Positions 28,063 to 38,849 of a stretch of DNA of 60,761 bases are shown here, piece after piece. The notes under the pieces are model-generated. The model had not been told where the DNA came from and did no database searches. It worked only from the letters and a program-made list of their open reading frames with translations. Every line of letters starts with the position of its first letter. Within the stretch, counting starts at the first letter, position 1. The stretch lies in assembly GCA_902511425.1 (NCBI GenBank), contig CABXFE010000003.1, forward strand, positions 1 through 60,761, given 5' to 3'. This DNA is from an uncultured SAR86 cluster bacterium. Lineage in GTDB: Bacteria; Pseudomonadota; Gammaproteobacteria; Magnimaribacterales; D2472. Made by a program: the position numbers and the translations under genes.

Positions 28063-29049
28063 ATGAAATTGGCATTATTGCTCTTAAGACTACTGCCTCC
28101 TGAAATATCTCACTTCATAGCTTTAAATGCCTTAAATTTTTTATATAAACTCAATCTATTAAGCATACTTTTTCCAAACAAATACGCATTAGAATCATTT
28201 GAATTTAAAGGTTTAATTTTTAAAAATAAACTCGGAATTGCAGCAGGCCTTGATAAAAATGGTGACTATTTTAACTCTTTAGGTGCATTGGGTTTTGGTT
28301 TCATTGAAGTGGGAACAATCACACCTGTGGCTCAATCAGGTAACCCAAAGCCAAGGATCTTTCGTTTTCTAGACCAAGGAGCAATTGTTAATAGGCTTGG
28401 ATTCAACAACAAAGGAGTTGATTACTTGGTTAAAAAGATAAAGTTAAGAAATTTTAATGGAATTCTGGGCATCAATATTGGTGCAAACAAGACATCAGAA
28501 GGTCAAAAAAGAGTTGATGATTACTTAGAATGTTTCAAAAAAGTGTACCCATATGCGGACTATATTACAGTTAACATTTCTTCACCCAACACACCTAATT
28601 TGAGATCGCTACATCAAAAAGAAAATTTTTTACCATTATTTGAGGCTTTGCATTTAGCTCGTAATGAAGCTAAATATTGTAACCCTATATTTATCAAACT
28701 TTCTCCGGATGAAGATGAGCAGATTATTGCTGAAATTTTAGTCGCAATTAAAAAATTTGAATTTGATGGAGTTATTGCTTCCAATACTACCGTCAGAAAA
28801 GATAATTTTAGATATTCTAGTCAGTACAATCTTGAGGGAGGGCTATCTGGCAGACCTTTACTAGATAAATCAAATAGACTTTTAAAATTCACTCATTCAC
28901 ATGCTCCAGATTTATTTAAAATTGGTGTAGGTGGCGTTGATAGCAAAGAAAGTTTTAACTCTAAATTAGATAATGGTGCTTCATTGGTTCAGATTTATAC
29001 AAGTTTTATTTATCAGGGCCCTGAAATTGTAAATAAGCTGCTGAGATAA
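28063..29049 (+). CDS. pyrD: Quinone-dependent dihydroorotate dehydrogenase
   Basis: AAGLDKNG, GNPKPR.FR, NRLGFNN, NISSPNTP, GGLSG. Confidence 0.95.
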   Translation: MKLALLLLRLLPPEISHFIALNALNFLYKLNLLSILFPNKYALESFEFKGLIFKNKLGIAAGLDKNGDYFNSLGALGFGFIEVGTITPVAQSGNPKPRIFRFLDQGAIVNRLGFNNKGVDYLVKKIKLRNFNGILGINIGANKTSEGQKRVDDYLECFKKVYPYADYITVNISSPNTPNLRSLHQKENFLPLFEALHLARNEAKYCNPIFIKLSPDEDEQIIAEILVAIKKFEFDGVIASNTTVRKDNFRYSSQYNLEGGLSGRPLLDKSNRLLKFTHSHAPDLFKIGVGGVDSKESFNSKLDNGASLVQIYTSFIYQGPEIVNKLLR

Positions 29050-29056
29050 AATTTTT

Positions 29057-29491
29057 ATGGAATATTTAATTTCTATTTTTGTTATTCTTTTTTTAGTTGG
29101 AGCAATAAGCTTCTTGAAGCCATCGAAGAAAATGAAGTCTTTAAGTCGAGTAAGAATGGCAGCTGCAAAAGAGGGTTTTAAGATTGGATCAACAAATGAG
29201 TTAAGAAAAAAATTTAAAAATTGGAATCCTGAAGTTGCAATATATCAAATCAAAAATACTTCGGAATTCAAAAATTTACATTACCTAAGAAAAGAAAATA
29301 AGCTTGAACTTTATGCACCAATCTCATTTAAATATGAAAAAAACTTTGAAATGATCGAGAAAAAAATTTCTAAATTACCTGCTTCTGTACTTGAAATTAT
29401 TTTTTATCAGTCCAATATAGCAATCGTTTGGAATGAAATGATCGGAATGAAAGAGCTTCTAAAAATAAAAGAAGTTGTATTAGAAATATGA
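29057..29491 (+). CDS. Hypothetical protein with N-terminal membrane anchor
   Basis: Hydrophobic first 20 aa then KPS...R..A...G; fills the pyrD-topA gap. Confidence 0.7.
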   Translation: MEYLISIFVILFLVGAISFLKPSKKMKSLSRVRMAAAKEGFKIGSTNELRKKFKNWNPEVAIYQIKNTSEFKNLHYLRKENKLELYAPISFKYEKNFEMIEKKISKLPASVLEIIFYQSNIAIVWNEMIGMKELLKIKEVVLEI

Positions 29492-29519
29492 ATTTTTATA
29501 AATTTTAGTTGAATAATTT

Positions 29520-32147
29520 ATGTCAAAAACCCTAGTTATAGTCGAGTCACCAGCCAAAGCTAAAACTATTTCTAAGTATTTAGGGTCAGACTACATTGTA
29601 AAGTCTAGCGTAGGTCACATCAGAGATCTCCCAAAGGGAAAGTCAAAAAAACCAGCTCAAAGAAATACCATTCCTAAAGACCTCCCTGATGATGAGAAGA
29701 GAAGGCTAAAAAAAATTAATGAACGTAAACGACTTGTTAGAAGGATGGGAATCGATCCTGATAATGACTGGGCAGCAAATTATGAAATCATCCCTGAAAA
29801 AGAAAAAGTTATTAAAGAATTAAAAACAGCAGCAAAGTCTGTAGAGTCAATTTTTCTTGCAACAGATCTTGATAGAGAGGGTGAGGCAATAGCTTGGCAT
29901 CTTAAAGAAGCTTTGGGAGCAGATAAATTTAATTACTCTAGAGTTAGGTTTAATCAAATTACCAAAGATGCAATCCTAGAATCTTTCGAGGATCCAAAAG
30001 AGATAGACACAAGTCTTGTTGAGGCTCAACAAGCAAGAAGGTTTTTAGATAGAGTTGTAGGTTTTGAACTATCTCCACTTTTATGGGCAAAAATTGCGCG
30101 CAACTTATCAGCTGGAAGAGTTCAATCAGTCGCATTAAGACTTTTAGTGGAACGAGAGCATAGCATCCAACAGTTTAAACCAGATGAGTTTTGGGAGATT
30201 TCATTTAACGCAGAAAATGACCAAAATACTGTCATTGCATTTAACCTAAATAGAAGAAAATCAGACCCTCTTTTGCAAGCTGATGAGGCAAAGCAAATTG
30301 AAGAACTGATCAGAACTTCTAATTTGATAGTAAGTGAAGTTACTCAAAAACCAGTTAAATCAAAACCAAAACCTCCTTTCATTACATCAACATTGCAACA
30401 AGCAGCAAGTACAAAGCTTGGGTTTAATGTTAAAAGAACCATGAGAACAGCTCAAAAGCTATACGAAAATGGACTAATTACTTATATGAGAACTGACGCT
30501 CCTGCTCTGTCGCCTGAATCAATTGCTGATGCAAGAATGTATATTGAAACTAACCTTGGTGATATGTATCTTACTAATGCTCCAAGAATATATTCGTCGA
30601 GCGAAAATGCGCAAGAGGCTCACGAAGCAATTAGACCTACAAATGCATCCACTAAATCCGAAGGACTAATCTCATCATCGGATGAAGAAAAAAGGTTATA
30701 TGAATTAATTTGGCAGCAATTTATTGGTTCGCAGTTGCCAGATGCAGAATATTTAGCAACCAATGCAAAAATACAGCTTGATCAATATATTTTTTCTGCA
30801 ACAGGAAGAGAGGTTGTTTTTGATGGTTTTACTAGAATTGTTAAATCAAAATCTGATGATCAAGACTCTAGTATTTTACCCCCACTTTTAGTGAATCAGG
30901 GTTTAAGTCTTAAGGATCTTGAAAATAAACAAAAATACACCAAACCTCCAGCAAGGTTTTCAGAAGCTGCTTTAGTTAAAGAATTGGAGAAGAAAGGTAT
31001 AGGCCGGCCCTCTACATATGCAAATATAATTTCTACAATTCAGGATCGTGGATATGTTGAGATTCAAAATAGAAGATTCTTTGTTAAAAAAATAGGAATG
31101 ATTGTCACAGATAGATTGGTGAACAGCTTTGATGACATTATGGATTACAGCTTTACTGCTAATTTTGAAGATGAGTTAGATAGAATTGCAAATGGCGAAT
31201 TAAATTGGAAAGAGGTTTTAAATTCCTATTATTCAGCTTTCCAGGATGACCTTTTATCAGCAATGGATGAAGAGAATGGGATGGTTCCCAACCTTCCCAC
31301 CATAACAAATATTAATTGCCCAGATTGTAAAAAAAATAAACTTACAATTAGAAATGCAAGCAATGGTGTTTTTCTCGGTTGTGCTGGATATAGTTTACTT
31401 GGTGATGAGCAATGTAAAAAAACTTTAAACCTTATTTCAGGTGATGAAGCTGTTAGCGTTGATGATCAAGAGGAAGCAGAGCATTTAGTTACAAAGCGTC
31501 GTTGTCCTAAATGTGACACAAGCATGGATAACTATCTCTTGGATGAAAATCATAAATTACATGTTTGTTCAAATAACCCTGACTGTGATGGGTTTGAGGT
31601 AGAAGAAGGTACATTCAAAATTAAGGGATACGATGGTCCTACATTATCTTGTCATAAATGTGGTTCAGAAATGCAGCTTAAAACCGGTAGGTTTGGAAAG
31701 TACTTTGGCTGCATGAATGACAATTGCGGTGCAACGCGAGCGCTTCAAAGAAATGGCGAGCCAAAGCCAATAGTTATGGAGCCAATTAGCACAGAAATTC
31801 CTTGCATTAAGTTTGAAGATACTTATCTATTAAGAGATAGCATGAAGGGCCTTTTCTTTGCAGCCAGTAAATATCCAAAAAATAGAGAGACTCGCGCACC
31901 ATCTGTTGAGGAATTTAATCAAGTAGTTACAGAGGAAACTTTGCTCGATGCATGTAAGTATCTTGAAGACCAGGCAAAACATACTCATCTTTTAGATGCT
32001 CCTAAAAAAGACATTGATGGAAACCCTTACATCATAAGATACAACAAAGCTGAGGATACTCATTACCTTGCATCTGAAAAAGAAGGAAAAAAAACTGGAA
32101 ATACAGCTTCTCACAATGGCGATAAGTGGGTTGAAGTTACCAAATAA
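29520..32147 (+). CDS. topA: DNA topoisomerase I
   Basis: IVESPAKAKTI, DLDREGEAI, SAGRVQS, LITYMRTD, AHEAIRP, GIGRPSTY, C-terminal Zn ribbons. Confidence 0.97.
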   Translation: MSKTLVIVESPAKAKTISKYLGSDYIVKSSVGHIRDLPKGKSKKPAQRNTIPKDLPDDEKRRLKKINERKRLVRRMGIDPDNDWAANYEIIPEKEKVIKELKTAAKSVESIFLATDLDREGEAIAWHLKEALGADKFNYSRVRFNQITKDAILESFEDPKEIDTSLVEAQQARRFLDRVVGFELSPLLWAKIARNLSAGRVQSVALRLLVEREHSIQQFKPDEFWEISFNAENDQNTVIAFNLNRRKSDPLLQADEAKQIEELIRTSNLIVSEVTQKPVKSKPKPPFITSTLQQAASTKLGFNVKRTMRTAQKLYENGLITYMRTDAPALSPESIADARMYIETNLGDMYLTNAPRIYSSSENAQEAHEAIRPTNASTKSEGLISSSDEEKRLYELIWQQFIGSQLPDAEYLATNAKIQLDQYIFSATGREVVFDGFTRIVKSKSDDQDSSILPPLLVNQGLSLKDLENKQKYTKPPARFSEAALVKELEKKGIGRPSTYANIISTIQDRGYVEIQNRRFFVKKIGMIVTDRLVNSFDDIMDYSFTANFEDELDRIANGELNWKEVLNSYYSAFQDDLLSAMDEENGMVPNLPTITNINCPDCKKNKLTIRNASNGVFLGCAGYSLLGDEQCKKTLNLISGDEAVSVDDQEEAEHLVTKRRCPKCDTSMDNYLLDENHKLHVCSNNPDCDGFEVEEGTFKIKGYDGPTLSCHKCGSEMQLKTGRFGKYFGCMNDNCGATRALQRNGEPKPIVMEPISTEIPCIKFEDTYLLRDSMKGLFFAASKYPKNRETRAPSVEEFNQVVTEETLLDACKYLEDQAKHTHLLDAPKKDIDGNPYIIRYNKAEDTHYLASEKEGKKTGNTASHNGDKWVEVTK

Positions 32148-32239
32148 TAATTCCTTGAATAATTCCAATTAGTTCTTATATAACACTTATGTCTTTCATT
32201 ATTTACAGGAAGGGTGTTACAGTTTAATAATAAATATTT

Positions 32240-32497
32240 ATGTCTAATTACCTAGAACTTACTCAACTTCCCGACGGCACAATCGTTCTCAGAAGATCTG
32301 ATGACCATGAAAATCCAATTGTAAAAATTGAATTCTCAGGTGAGTCAAAGGAATTTTTAAATGGAGCAGAGCTTTCGGTTGCTAAAGAAATGATTCGCGC
32401 TGGAATAGAGAGTGTCAGCGGAAATTCAATCGACTTCGATGACTTCTTTGATAGTGAAAAAAATAGTTTGAGAAAAAAACCAGTAGTTCTTCATTAG
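32240..32497 (+). CDS. Small acidic conserved-looking hypothetical protein
   Basis: 85 aa, LEL..LPDG.I.LRR.D...P.V.I.FS; ends in ..VLH like several gammaproteobacterial small proteins. Confidence 0.7.
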   Translation: MSNYLELTQLPDGTIVLRRSDDHENPIVKIEFSGESKEFLNGAELSVAKEMIRAGIESVSGNSIDFDDFFDSEKNSLRKKPVVLH

Positions 32498-33111
32498 TGA
32501 GTTCTAATTAAACCCACACTCTTACCCTCAATAAATGCTTCTTGCTCTCTTAGATCAATTTCTATTGTTGAAAAATCTTTGTTTGCGGGAATTAACTCAA
32601 GGCTGTGATTTGTTTGCTTAAAATATTTTAAAGTGACCTCATCCTCTAGCCTCACAACAACGAGATCACCATTTTTAACATCTGATGTTTTCTTGATTGC
32701 TACTAAATCATCTTCATGAATTCCTGCTTCAATCATACTAAGGCCCTTAACTTTTAGAAAATAATCAAAGTTGTCAGAAAACATATTCGGATCGCACGGG
32801 ATTCTTTTCTCAACATTTTCTTCAGCAAGAGTAGGGGAGCCGGCAGCTACTAGTCCTATCACGGGTATCTGATCGCCGCTTTGCTCAAAGGATTGTTGAC
32901 TTCTAACAACAGATATTCCTCTTGAAGAGCCGCTTTGAATTGTTATATAGCCTTTTTTTTCAAGAGCCCTAAGGTGCATTTCAGCAGCATTTGGAGATTT
33001 AAACCCCAACTCTTTACATATTTCAGCTCGAGTTGGTGGAAAACCAGTTTTATTAAGATAAACTTCTACACAAGCTAAAACTTTTGATTGTTGTTTTGTT
33101 AATTCTTTCAT
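32494..33111 (-). CDS. lexA: SOS repressor LexA
   Basis: PPTRAEI, SPNAAE.HL, VAAG cleavage site, G.SM Ser and TLK Lys. Confidence 0.97.
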   Translation of the reverse strand: MKELTKQQSKVLACVEVYLNKTGFPPTRAEICKELGFKSPNAAEMHLRALEKKGYITIQSGSSRGISVVRSQQSFEQSGDQIPVIGLVAAGSPTLAEENVEKRIPCDPNMFSDNFDYFLKVKGLSMIEAGIHEDDLVAIKKTSDVKNGDLVVVRLEDEVTLKYFKQTNHSLELIPANKDFSTIEIDLREQEAFIEGKSVGLIRTH

Positions 33112-33119
33112 AATAATTA

Positions 33120-33139
33120 TACTGTATATTTTTACAGTA
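33120..33139. promoter_or_regulatory. LexA (SOS) box TACTGTATATTTTTACAGTA
   Basis: CTG-N10-CAG 8 bp upstream of lexA start. Confidence 0.92.
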
Positions 33140-33164
33140 TATAAATTTTGATATCTAAGTGCAA
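33136..33164 (-). promoter_or_regulatory. sigma70 promoter of lexA: TTGCAC-17-TATACT overlapping the SOS box
   Basis: -35 at 33159-33164, -10 at 33136-33141, exact 17-bp spacer. Confidence 0.7.
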
Positions 33165-33178
33165 CTCTCTTTAAAAAT

Positions 33179-34072
33179 ATGGACTCAAAACTAGTAATTG
33201 GAATCTCCTCAAGAGCACTCTTTGATTTGAGCCAAAGTCATCATATCTTTGAAAATGATGGCATTGATGCTTATCGCAATCATCAAATTGAAAATGAAAA
33301 TGAGATACTTGATCCAGGCGAAGCTTTTAATCTCGTAACTAAAATTTTAAAAATTAATGATCTTTATGAATCTGAGAATAGGATAGAGGTCATTTTACTC
33401 TCCAGAAATACAGCAGATACCGGTCTGAGAGTTTTTAACTCCATTGAAGCTCATAAATTAAATATCACTCGTGCTGTTTTTTGTGGCGGGGAAAGCCCCT
33501 ATAAATATGTAAAAGCATTTGGAGTGGATCTATTTTTGTCTAGCAGCAAAGATGACGTCAAGATGGCAATTGAAAATAATGTTCCATCTGCAAGAATTAT
33601 CCCTTCAAAAACAAAAAGGAAAGTTAAAGATGGAGATATGCTAAAGATAGCTTTTGATGGTGACTCAGTAATCTTTTCTGACGAATCTGAAAAAGTTTTT
33701 GAAAAAGAAGGTCTCAAAGCTTTTCTAGATAATGAGCGGAAGAAAAAATCAATGTTAAAGGCTGGGCCCTTTAAATCATTTCTAGTGGAGCTTAATAAAT
33801 TGCAATCAGAGTTAGATCCAGGAATAAACCCTATAAGAACTGCACTTGTAACAGCAAGATCAGCTCCATCTCACAAGCGGGTAATCAAAACTCTTAGAAA
33901 ATGGGGAGTAAGAATTGATGAGTCTCTTTTTTTAGGAGGCATGAATAAGTCTGAGTTTTTGAAATCATTCGAGGCTGATATTTTTTTTGATGATCAGCAA
34001 CAAAATATTGAAGATGCCTCTGCAAAAGTAACCTCAGCTCATGTACCATTCGGAATTAAAAATAGGAATTAA
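33179..34072 (+). CDS. 5'-nucleotidase (cN-I-like family)
   Basis: ISSRALFDL, LLSRN, IAFDGDSV.FSDESE, RTALVTARSAP.H.R, FFDDQ, HVP. Confidence 0.9.
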   Translation: MDSKLVIGISSRALFDLSQSHHIFENDGIDAYRNHQIENENEILDPGEAFNLVTKILKINDLYESENRIEVILLSRNTADTGLRVFNSIEAHKLNITRAVFCGGESPYKYVKAFGVDLFLSSSKDDVKMAIENNVPSARIIPSKTKRKVKDGDMLKIAFDGDSVIFSDESEKVFEKEGLKAFLDNERKKKSMLKAGPFKSFLVELNKLQSELDPGINPIRTALVTARSAPSHKRVIKTLRKWGVRIDESLFLGGMNKSEFLKSFEADIFFDDQQQNIEDASAKVTSAHVPFGIKNRN

Positions 34073-34074
34073 CC

Positions 34075-34674
34075 ATGGACATAGTTTGTTTTGATATGGA
34101 AGGTACTCTCACTCCCGAAATATGGGAACAGGTTGCGCTTGATTCTGGTATCTCTGAATTAAATAAAACAACAAGAGATATTCCCTCATATTCTGATCTT
34201 ATGGACTATAGGTTGGAAATAATGAAACAGCATAATCTAAAACTTGCTGATATAGTTGACGCAACAAAGAAATTGGACCTGCTTGATGGTGCGCTAGATT
34301 TTTTAAATCAGGTCAGGCAAGAATTTCAAGTGGTAATTTTATCTGATACTTTTCATGAGATTGCTTATCCTTTAATGGAAAAGCTTGGCTATCCTCTTTT
34401 GCTTTGCCATACTCTTGATGTTGATGCTGAGGGTAATATTCTTGGCTATAAATTAAGAGATTTACAGGCAAAAAAACAAGCAATCTTAGGTTTTCAGTCT
34501 ATGGGTTATAGATGTTTAGCCGCGGGCGATTCGTTCAATGATTTACAAATGTTTGAGGTCGCAGATCAGGGCTTCTTTATTAATGCGCCTAAAGCTATAT
34601 CCAGTTCAATGCCTCAGATCCCATCTTTCAATGAATATTCAAACCTCTTAAGTGCTTTAAAAGATTTTAATTAA
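34075..34674 (+). CDS. thrH: Phosphoserine phosphatase / homoserine phosphotransferase
   Basis: DMEG.L.PEIW, TTRDIP.Y..LM..R, ILSDTF, GDSFND. Confidence 0.92.
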   Translation: MDIVCFDMEGTLTPEIWEQVALDSGISELNKTTRDIPSYSDLMDYRLEIMKQHNLKLADIVDATKKLDLLDGALDFLNQVRQEFQVVILSDTFHEIAYPLMEKLGYPLLLCHTLDVDAEGNILGYKLRDLQAKKQAILGFQSMGYRCLAAGDSFNDLQMFEVADQGFFINAPKAISSSMPQIPSFNEYSNLLSALKDFN

Positions 34675-34679
34675 TACTT

Positions 34680-35342
34680 ATGGATAATCCATTTTCACTT
34701 AATAACTTTTCTAGGCCAAAGCTAGAGATGCCTGGTAATGAAAAAAAACTTTTACTTCACAGTTGCTGTGCTCCATGTGCGGGAGAGATTATGGAGGCTG
34801 TGGCAGCATCAGAGATCCAGACAACCGTTTATTTTTATAATCCAAACATTCATCCAAAGGAAGAGTATGAGATTCGAAAGGATGAAAATAAAAGATTTTG
34901 TGACAAGCTTGGATTTGATTTTGTTGACGCTGATTATGATAAAGAAAATTGGTTTGAGAGAATAAAAGGATTAGAAAATGAGCCTGAAAGAGGTAAAAGA
35001 TGCACTCAATGTTTTGATATGAGGTTTGAAAGGTCTGCTCTATACGCTCATGAAAATGGTTTTAAGGTATATGGGACAACGCTAGGAATTTCTCGCTGGA
35101 AAAATATGGAACAAATAAATGATTCGGGCAATAGAGCTGCTTTGCGATATGAAGATATCCATTATTGGGATTTTAATTGGCGAAAAAAAGGTGGCTCCTC
35201 CAGAATGATTGAAATCTCAAAAAGAGAAGAGTTTTATCAACAAGAATACTGTGGTTGCGTATACAGCTTAAGAGATACAAACAAATGGCGCCAAGAAAAT
35301 AAGAAAGATCGAATTATTAGAGGAATTAAATTCTATAATTAA
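34680..35342 (+). CDS. queH: Epoxyqueuosine reductase QueH (DUF208)
   Basis: [36 protein letters not shown]. Confidence 0.92.
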   Translation: MDNPFSLNNFSRPKLEMPGNEKKLLLHSCCAPCAGEIMEAVAASEIQTTVYFYNPNIHPKEEYEIRKDENKRFCDKLGFDFVDADYDKENWFERIKGLENEPERGKRCTQCFDMRFERSALYAHENGFKVYGTTLGISRWKNMEQINDSGNRAALRYEDIHYWDFNWRKKGGSSRMIEISKREEFYQQEYCGCVYSLRDTNKWRQENKKDRIIRGIKFYN

Positions 35343-35343
35343 T

Positions 35344-35373
35344 TTGGGAAACATACCTTTGGCAAAGTACAAT
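35344..35373 (+). promoter_or_regulatory. Putative prp promoter TTGGGA-18-TACAAT, 8 nt before the prpB ATG
   Basis: Sequence inspection; no Shine-Dalgarno before prpB. Confidence 0.45.
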
Positions 35374-35381
35374 ACTGACCA

Positions 35382-36263
35382 ATGAATACTCCGGGGAATA
35401 AGTTCAGACAAGCTATAGCCGATAACAATCCTTTAATGGTTGTCGGTGCAGTAAATGCTTATTGTGCAAAGATGGCTGAGAAGGCTGGCCACAAAGCTCT
35501 TTATCTTTCTGGAGCCGGAGTTGCAAACGCATCTTTTGGATTGCCAGATTTAGCCATTACGACCCTCAATGATGTAGCTGAGGACTCAAGAAGAATTACT
35601 CAAGCTACAAACCTTCCTCTATTAATTGATATTGATACCGGTTTTGGCGGCGCATTCAGTATCAGCCGAACGATCAAGGAGATGATTGCCGCGGATGTTG
35701 CAGCAGTCCATATAGAGGATCAGGTCACTCAAAAACGGTGTGGTCATAGGCCTAATAAAAGTCTTGTCGATAAAATTGAAATGAGTGATCGTATTAAAGC
35801 TGCTGTTGATGGTCGTACCGATGAAAGTTTTTTTATCATGGCAAGAACAGATTCATATGCAACTGAAGGAATGAATGGTGCGATTGATAGATGTAGAGAA
35901 TATATTGCAGCAGGAGCAGACGGTTTATTTTTAGAGGCTGTTTCAAGTTTAGAGGATTACAAGCAACTGAAAGATGCATTACAAGTTCCTGTTCTTGCAA
36001 ATATTACTGAGTTTGGAAAAACACCACTGTTTACTGCAGAGGAGTTAGCATCAGTTGGAGTTGATATAATGCTATTTCCATTATCAGCTTTTAGAGCAAT
36101 GAATAAAGCAGCAGAGTCTGTTTATAAAGATATCGCTGTTAATGGATCACAATCAAATTCAGTTGAAAAGATGCAGACAAGAGATGAACTGTATGAGTAT
36201 TTAAACTATCATTCGTTTGAGCAAAAGCTAGATGAATTATTTAAAAGGAAGGAGAATAAGTAA
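35382..36263 (+). CDS. prpB: 2-methylisocitrate lyase
   Basis: [31 protein letters not shown]. Confidence 0.96.
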   Translation: MNTPGNKFRQAIADNNPLMVVGAVNAYCAKMAEKAGHKALYLSGAGVANASFGLPDLAITTLNDVAEDSRRITQATNLPLLIDIDTGFGGAFSISRTIKEMIAADVAAVHIEDQVTQKRCGHRPNKSLVDKIEMSDRIKAAVDGRTDESFFIMARTDSYATEGMNGAIDRCREYIAAGADGLFLEAVSSLEDYKQLKDALQVPVLANITEFGKTPLFTAEELASVGVDIMLFPLSAFRAMNKAAESVYKDIAVNGSQSNSVEKMQTRDELYEYLNYHSFEQKLDELFKRKENK

Positions 36264-37385
36264 ATGGTTAAGAAGTTAGAAGGCGCTGGACTGCGCGGTC
36301 AAGTAGCAGGCGAAACATCACTATGCACCGTTGGACAAGAAGAAGGCCTGGCCTATAGAGGCCACAAAATTGAGACATTGGCTGAAAAAGGAACATTTGA
36401 AGAAGTTGCTTACCTTCTTCTCTACGGTAAATTACCAAACAAATCAGAGCTCTCAGATTATAAATCTTTACTGAAAGGTTTGAGAGATCTTCCAGATTCC
36501 TTAAAAAAGGTTCTTAGAGAAATACCTGCCTCAGCTCATCCAATGGCAGTAATGGCAACTGGATGCTCAATGCTAGGCAATCTTGAACCTGAGGAGTCAA
36601 TGGAAGCGCAAATGGACTCTATTAACCGTATGGTTGCAACAATGCCATCAATTGTTACTTATTGGTATAAATTTTCTCATGATGGCGAAGATATTAATCT
36701 TGTAAATGATGAAGATACGATGGCGGGTCATTTTTTACACATTCTGCATGGCAAAACTCCATCAGATCTTCATAGACGAGTTATGGATGCTTCATTGGTT
36801 TTATATGCTGAGCATGAATTTAATGCATCGACATTTACTGCTAGGGTTTGCGCTTCAACAATGTCAGATATATATTCTTGTGTTGTTGCTGCTATTGGCT
36901 CCTTAAAAGGTCCTTTGCATGGAGGTGCAAATGAGGCTGCAATGGAAATGATTGAAAACTGGAAGACCAGAGATGAAGCAAGGGCAAACATATTGGATAT
37001 GCTTGCTAATAAAGGAAAAATTATGGGCTTTGGACATGCGATTTATTCTGAAAGAGATCCAAGAAATGCTGTTATCAAAGAGTTCTCAAAAGAGTTATCT
37101 CAAGAATATGGAGATGACTCCTTGTATCAGGTCTCTGAAGAGGTTGAGCAGGTAATGTGGGATGAAAAAAAATTATTTCCAAATGCAGATTTTTTTCATG
37201 CCTCAGCATATTTTTATTTAGGAATTCCAACAAAACTTTTTACTCCGATCTTTGTAATGTCAAGAGTTACAGGCTGGACAGCTCATTGCATGGAGCAAAG
37301 GGCAAATAATAGAATTATTAGACCAAGCGCAGAATATACAGGTCCTGAGACTTCTGCTTGGGTTGACCTCGAAGATAGGGAGTAA
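36264..37385 (+). CDS. prpC: 2-methylcitrate synthase
   Basis: GLRGQ.AG, YAEHEFNASTF, GPLHGGANE, GFGH, FPNADF; position between prpB and prpD. Confidence 0.95.
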   Translation: MVKKLEGAGLRGQVAGETSLCTVGQEEGLAYRGHKIETLAEKGTFEEVAYLLLYGKLPNKSELSDYKSLLKGLRDLPDSLKKVLREIPASAHPMAVMATGCSMLGNLEPEESMEAQMDSINRMVATMPSIVTYWYKFSHDGEDINLVNDEDTMAGHFLHILHGKTPSDLHRRVMDASLVLYAEHEFNASTFTARVCASTMSDIYSCVVAAIGSLKGPLHGGANEAAMEMIENWKTRDEARANILDMLANKGKIMGFGHAIYSERDPRNAVIKEFSKELSQEYGDDSLYQVSEEVEQVMWDEKKLFPNADFFHASAYFYLGIPTKLFTPIFVMSRVTGWTAHCMEQRANNRIIRPSAEYTGPETSAWVDLEDRE

Positions 37386-37388
37386 ATC

Positions 37389-38849
37389 ATGTCAAATAAT
37401 GTTGAACTGAATATAAGGTCAGGTCCTGACTCTTTGCTTGTAGAAATTGCAGAATATGTTTCAAAGCAGGATATTAACTCAGAGCTAGCTCTTTCAACTG
37501 CTCGAAATTGTTTAATAGATACTATTGGTTGTGGGTTATTGGCATTAACTTTTCCTGCATGCACAAAAATGCTTGGTCCCATTGTTCCAGGCACTAATGT
37601 ACCTAATGGAGTAAGAGTTCCTGGGACTAATTTTTTACTTGACCCGGTAAAAGGTGCTTTTGATATAGGCTGTATTATTAGATGGCTAGACTATAACGAT
37701 ACATGGTTGGCTGCTGAGTGGGGTCATCCCTCAGATAATCTTGGTGCGATTCTATCAATAGCAGACTATGTTTCTCAAGAAAATGTTGCAGCTGGTAAAG
37801 ACCCCCTAACAATGAGAGACGTTTTGGAGTGCATGATAATGGCTCACGAAATCCAAGGAGTGTTGGCTCTTACAAATAGCTTTAATAGGGTTGGTTTGGA
37901 TCATGTTGTACTTGTAAAAGTTGCATCAACAGCAGTTGTCACGAAATTGCTTGGTGGAAACACTGATCAAATTATGGATGCGGTAAGTCAAGCTTGGGTG
38001 GATGGTCAAAGTCTTAGGACATATCGTCATGCTCCGAATGCTGGTTCTAGAAAAAGCTGGGCCGCCGGTGACGCGACCAGTCGAGCGGTTAGACTTGCGC
38101 TTATAACTCTTTCTGGTGAAATGGGATATCCAAGCGTTTTATCAGCTCCAACATGGGGCTTTGAAGATGTTTCTTTTAAGGGAGAAAAATTATCTCTAAG
38201 TCAACCGTTTGGTTCTTATGTTATGGAGAATGTTCTTTTTAAAATCAGCTTCCCTGCAGAGTTTCACGCCCAAACAGCTGTAGAGGCAGCAGTTACATTG
38301 CATCCTCAAATCAAAGATCGGCTTGACGAAATAGCTAATATTGAGGTCACGACTCATGAATCTGCAATTAGAATTATCTCTAAATCAGGACAGCTAAATA
38401 ATCCGGCTGATAGAGATCATTGTTTGCAATACATGATTGCAATAGGCTTAATTCACGGAGATCTTATTGCAGAGCATTACGAGGATGATGTTGCCAACGA
38501 TCCAAGAATTGATCAGCTTAGAGAAAAGATGACAATCAAAGAGGATAAGAGATATACAGATGAGTACTTGGAAGCTGACAAAAGATCTATAGCTAATAAA
38601 ATACAGATATTTTTTAATGATGGTTCTTCAACAGATGCTATTGAAGTCGAGTACCCAATAGGTCACAAGCGTCGAAGGGAGGAAGGAATTCCTGTTTTAG
38701 AAAAGAAATTTGAGAATAATCTCGGTAAAATTTTTGAAAATGAAAAAGTTACCGCTATTTTATCTAAGTGCCTTGATCAAGATGCGCTTGAGTCTATGAG
38801 TGTCCTAGATTTTCAAGAGTTATTTACAGTAGAACAGAATTCTTTTTAA
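37389..38849 (+). CDS. prpD: 2-methylcitrate dehydratase
   Basis: [47 protein letters not shown]. Confidence 0.97.
   Translation: MSNNVELNIRSGPDSLLVEIAEYVSKQDINSELALSTARNCLIDTIGCGLLALTFPACTKMLGPIVPGTNVPNGVRVPGTNFLLDPVKGAFDIGCIIRWLDYNDTWLAAEWGHPSDNLGAILSIADYVSQENVAAGKDPLTMRDVLECMIMAHEIQGVLALTNSFNRVGLDHVVLVKVASTAVVTKLLGGNTDQIMDAVSQAWVDGQSLRTYRHAPNAGSRKSWAAGDATSRAVRLALITLSGEMGYPSVLSAPTWGFEDVSFKGEKLSLSQPFGSYVMENVLFKISFPAEFHAQTAVEAAVTLHPQIKDRLDEIANIEVTTHESAIRIISKSGQLNNPADRDHCLQYMIAIGLIHGDLIAEHYEDDVANDPRIDQLREKMTIKEDKRYTDEYLEADKRSIANKIQIFFNDGSSTDAIEVEYPIGHKRRREEGIPVLEKKFENNLGKIFENEKVTAILSKCLDQDALESMSVLDFQELFTVEQNSF

Noticed and set aside
29630..29750. Basic insertion in the TopA Toprim domain
   Set aside because: A similar variable insertion is usual in gammaproteobacterial TopA; no intein features
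32189..32227. 12-codon ORF MSFIIYRKGVTV after topA
   Set aside because: No SD and no leader-peptide codon bias; expected by chance
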